Assembly: GCF_023055435.1 (NCBI RefSeq) | Contig: NW_025963813.1 | Location: 6,882,001 to 6,946,000 of the forward strand | DNA: 64,000 nucleotides | Source: Haliotis rufescens | Taxonomy: Eukaryota | Direction: 5' to 3' | Shown here: piece by piece, positions 62,931-64,000 of the stretch | Numbering within the stretch: position 1 is the first letter of the stretch | How the letters are laid out: every line of letters begins with the position of its first letter | The notes under the pieces: model-generated | Told to the model about the DNA's origin: nothing | The model's input: the letters and a program-made list of their open reading frames with translations, nothing else | Database searches by the model: none | Made by a program: the position numbers and the translations under genes

Positions 62931-64000
62931 TATCCCGACCAGGGTCAATGTGCAATTCGGCCCAATCTGTGTGACCTCCTGATAACAGTAAAACTCTGCT
63001 ACAATGTAACTCGACTCTTGTAATTTGATTTATTACTAAAGTAAGATTTTGTAAAGCTATGACCCCAGCAGAATGTTAATTGTTGTTTTTGGACAGATTT
63101 TTTCGGACGTGTAACATAGTCAGAGATAAATGATACAAATGCGTGAGATAATAAAGCTTCTATGGCTAAATAAAGAATTCTTTAGTGAGAATAAGTAATG
63201 AATGATAATACTTCTATCGTATACCATTCCATATCGTACGGTACTGCAGACCATTAATCTTTATATAGTTTATCTTAAACATCAGGCTTATGGTTTTAAA
63301 TAATCTGGTTTTGTAGCTGAAGCTGAACAAATATCCCCCCACATCCCCACATTCCTCTTGTCCCCCGCTGTGATATTGCTGGAACATTCATGCTCACTCG
63401 ATCACTTTATGCGGCTTAATGTGAAATGTCAATTTGACATTTCAAATATAGCTCGACACATTAACACTAATTGGATTTTGGAACTAGTATGTGTACAAGT
63501 ATTGAGTAAAATTACATTTGCCACAAATTCATTGCCGCTAATGAGTTTCCCTTGGACTTGGGCTTTATATACAGAATATCAGTGTCAACCGGTATACTGT
63601 CGACCAAGGGTTCATCAGGATTCTAATTTTTTACACTCAATCCACACATTCAGTACACAATTGTATCTTGATATGATTAGTAAAATGTAAAATGTTTAGT
63701 GGTATTTACACCCCCATATTTACGTCTTACCCCATTATGATTCCAGTTATAAAGAAATTTTGAAAAAAGGAACATTTTGTGAAAGAAGATGTATTGATCC
63801 GGCTTGTTTACCGATACATATTCATTTTGAATAAAGTTATGTTTAAATCATAATAAAATATGACCTCATTTACTTGAATAAATGATGACACGAGTAATTA
63901 TAATCAAGGGATCCTGGATTATGCAGTTGAGTGAATATGGTTTAACACCGCTTTTAGAAATATTCCAGCAACATCACCGAAGGGACACCAGCAATGAGCT

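Overview
Eukaryotic, AT-rich, intron-containing animal DNA. The repeat content suggests a mollusc, probably a gastropod such as abalone; this is an inference. The ORF track is mostly noise because the real genes are spliced. Reading splice sites by hand gives five + strand genes. Four (1206-5084, 8831-16028, 24102-31736, 40655-48696) form a tandem array of intact but divergent paralogues with identical 7-coding-exon structure. Each encodes a 357-388 aa protein with a signal peptide, three Cys-rich modules and a GPI-type C-terminal signal; I cannot assign a gene name. The fifth gene (from 52283, running past the window end) encodes a secreted, Lys-rich coiled-coil protein whose phase-1 exon pair has recently been triplicated together with its introns. 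Introns and intergenic DNA contain four SINE families, three of which share one 3' tail; one of these has a non-tRNA head that folds into a compact four-way junction with a kissing loop. Also present: MITEs, decayed R4/Dong-like, Penelope-like and other LINE fragments, a 44-bp palindromic minisatellite, a 9-bp satellite, microsatellites and one assembly gap. No CRISPR array, rRNA or functional tRNA is supported. All gene models are manual predictions without transcript evidence.
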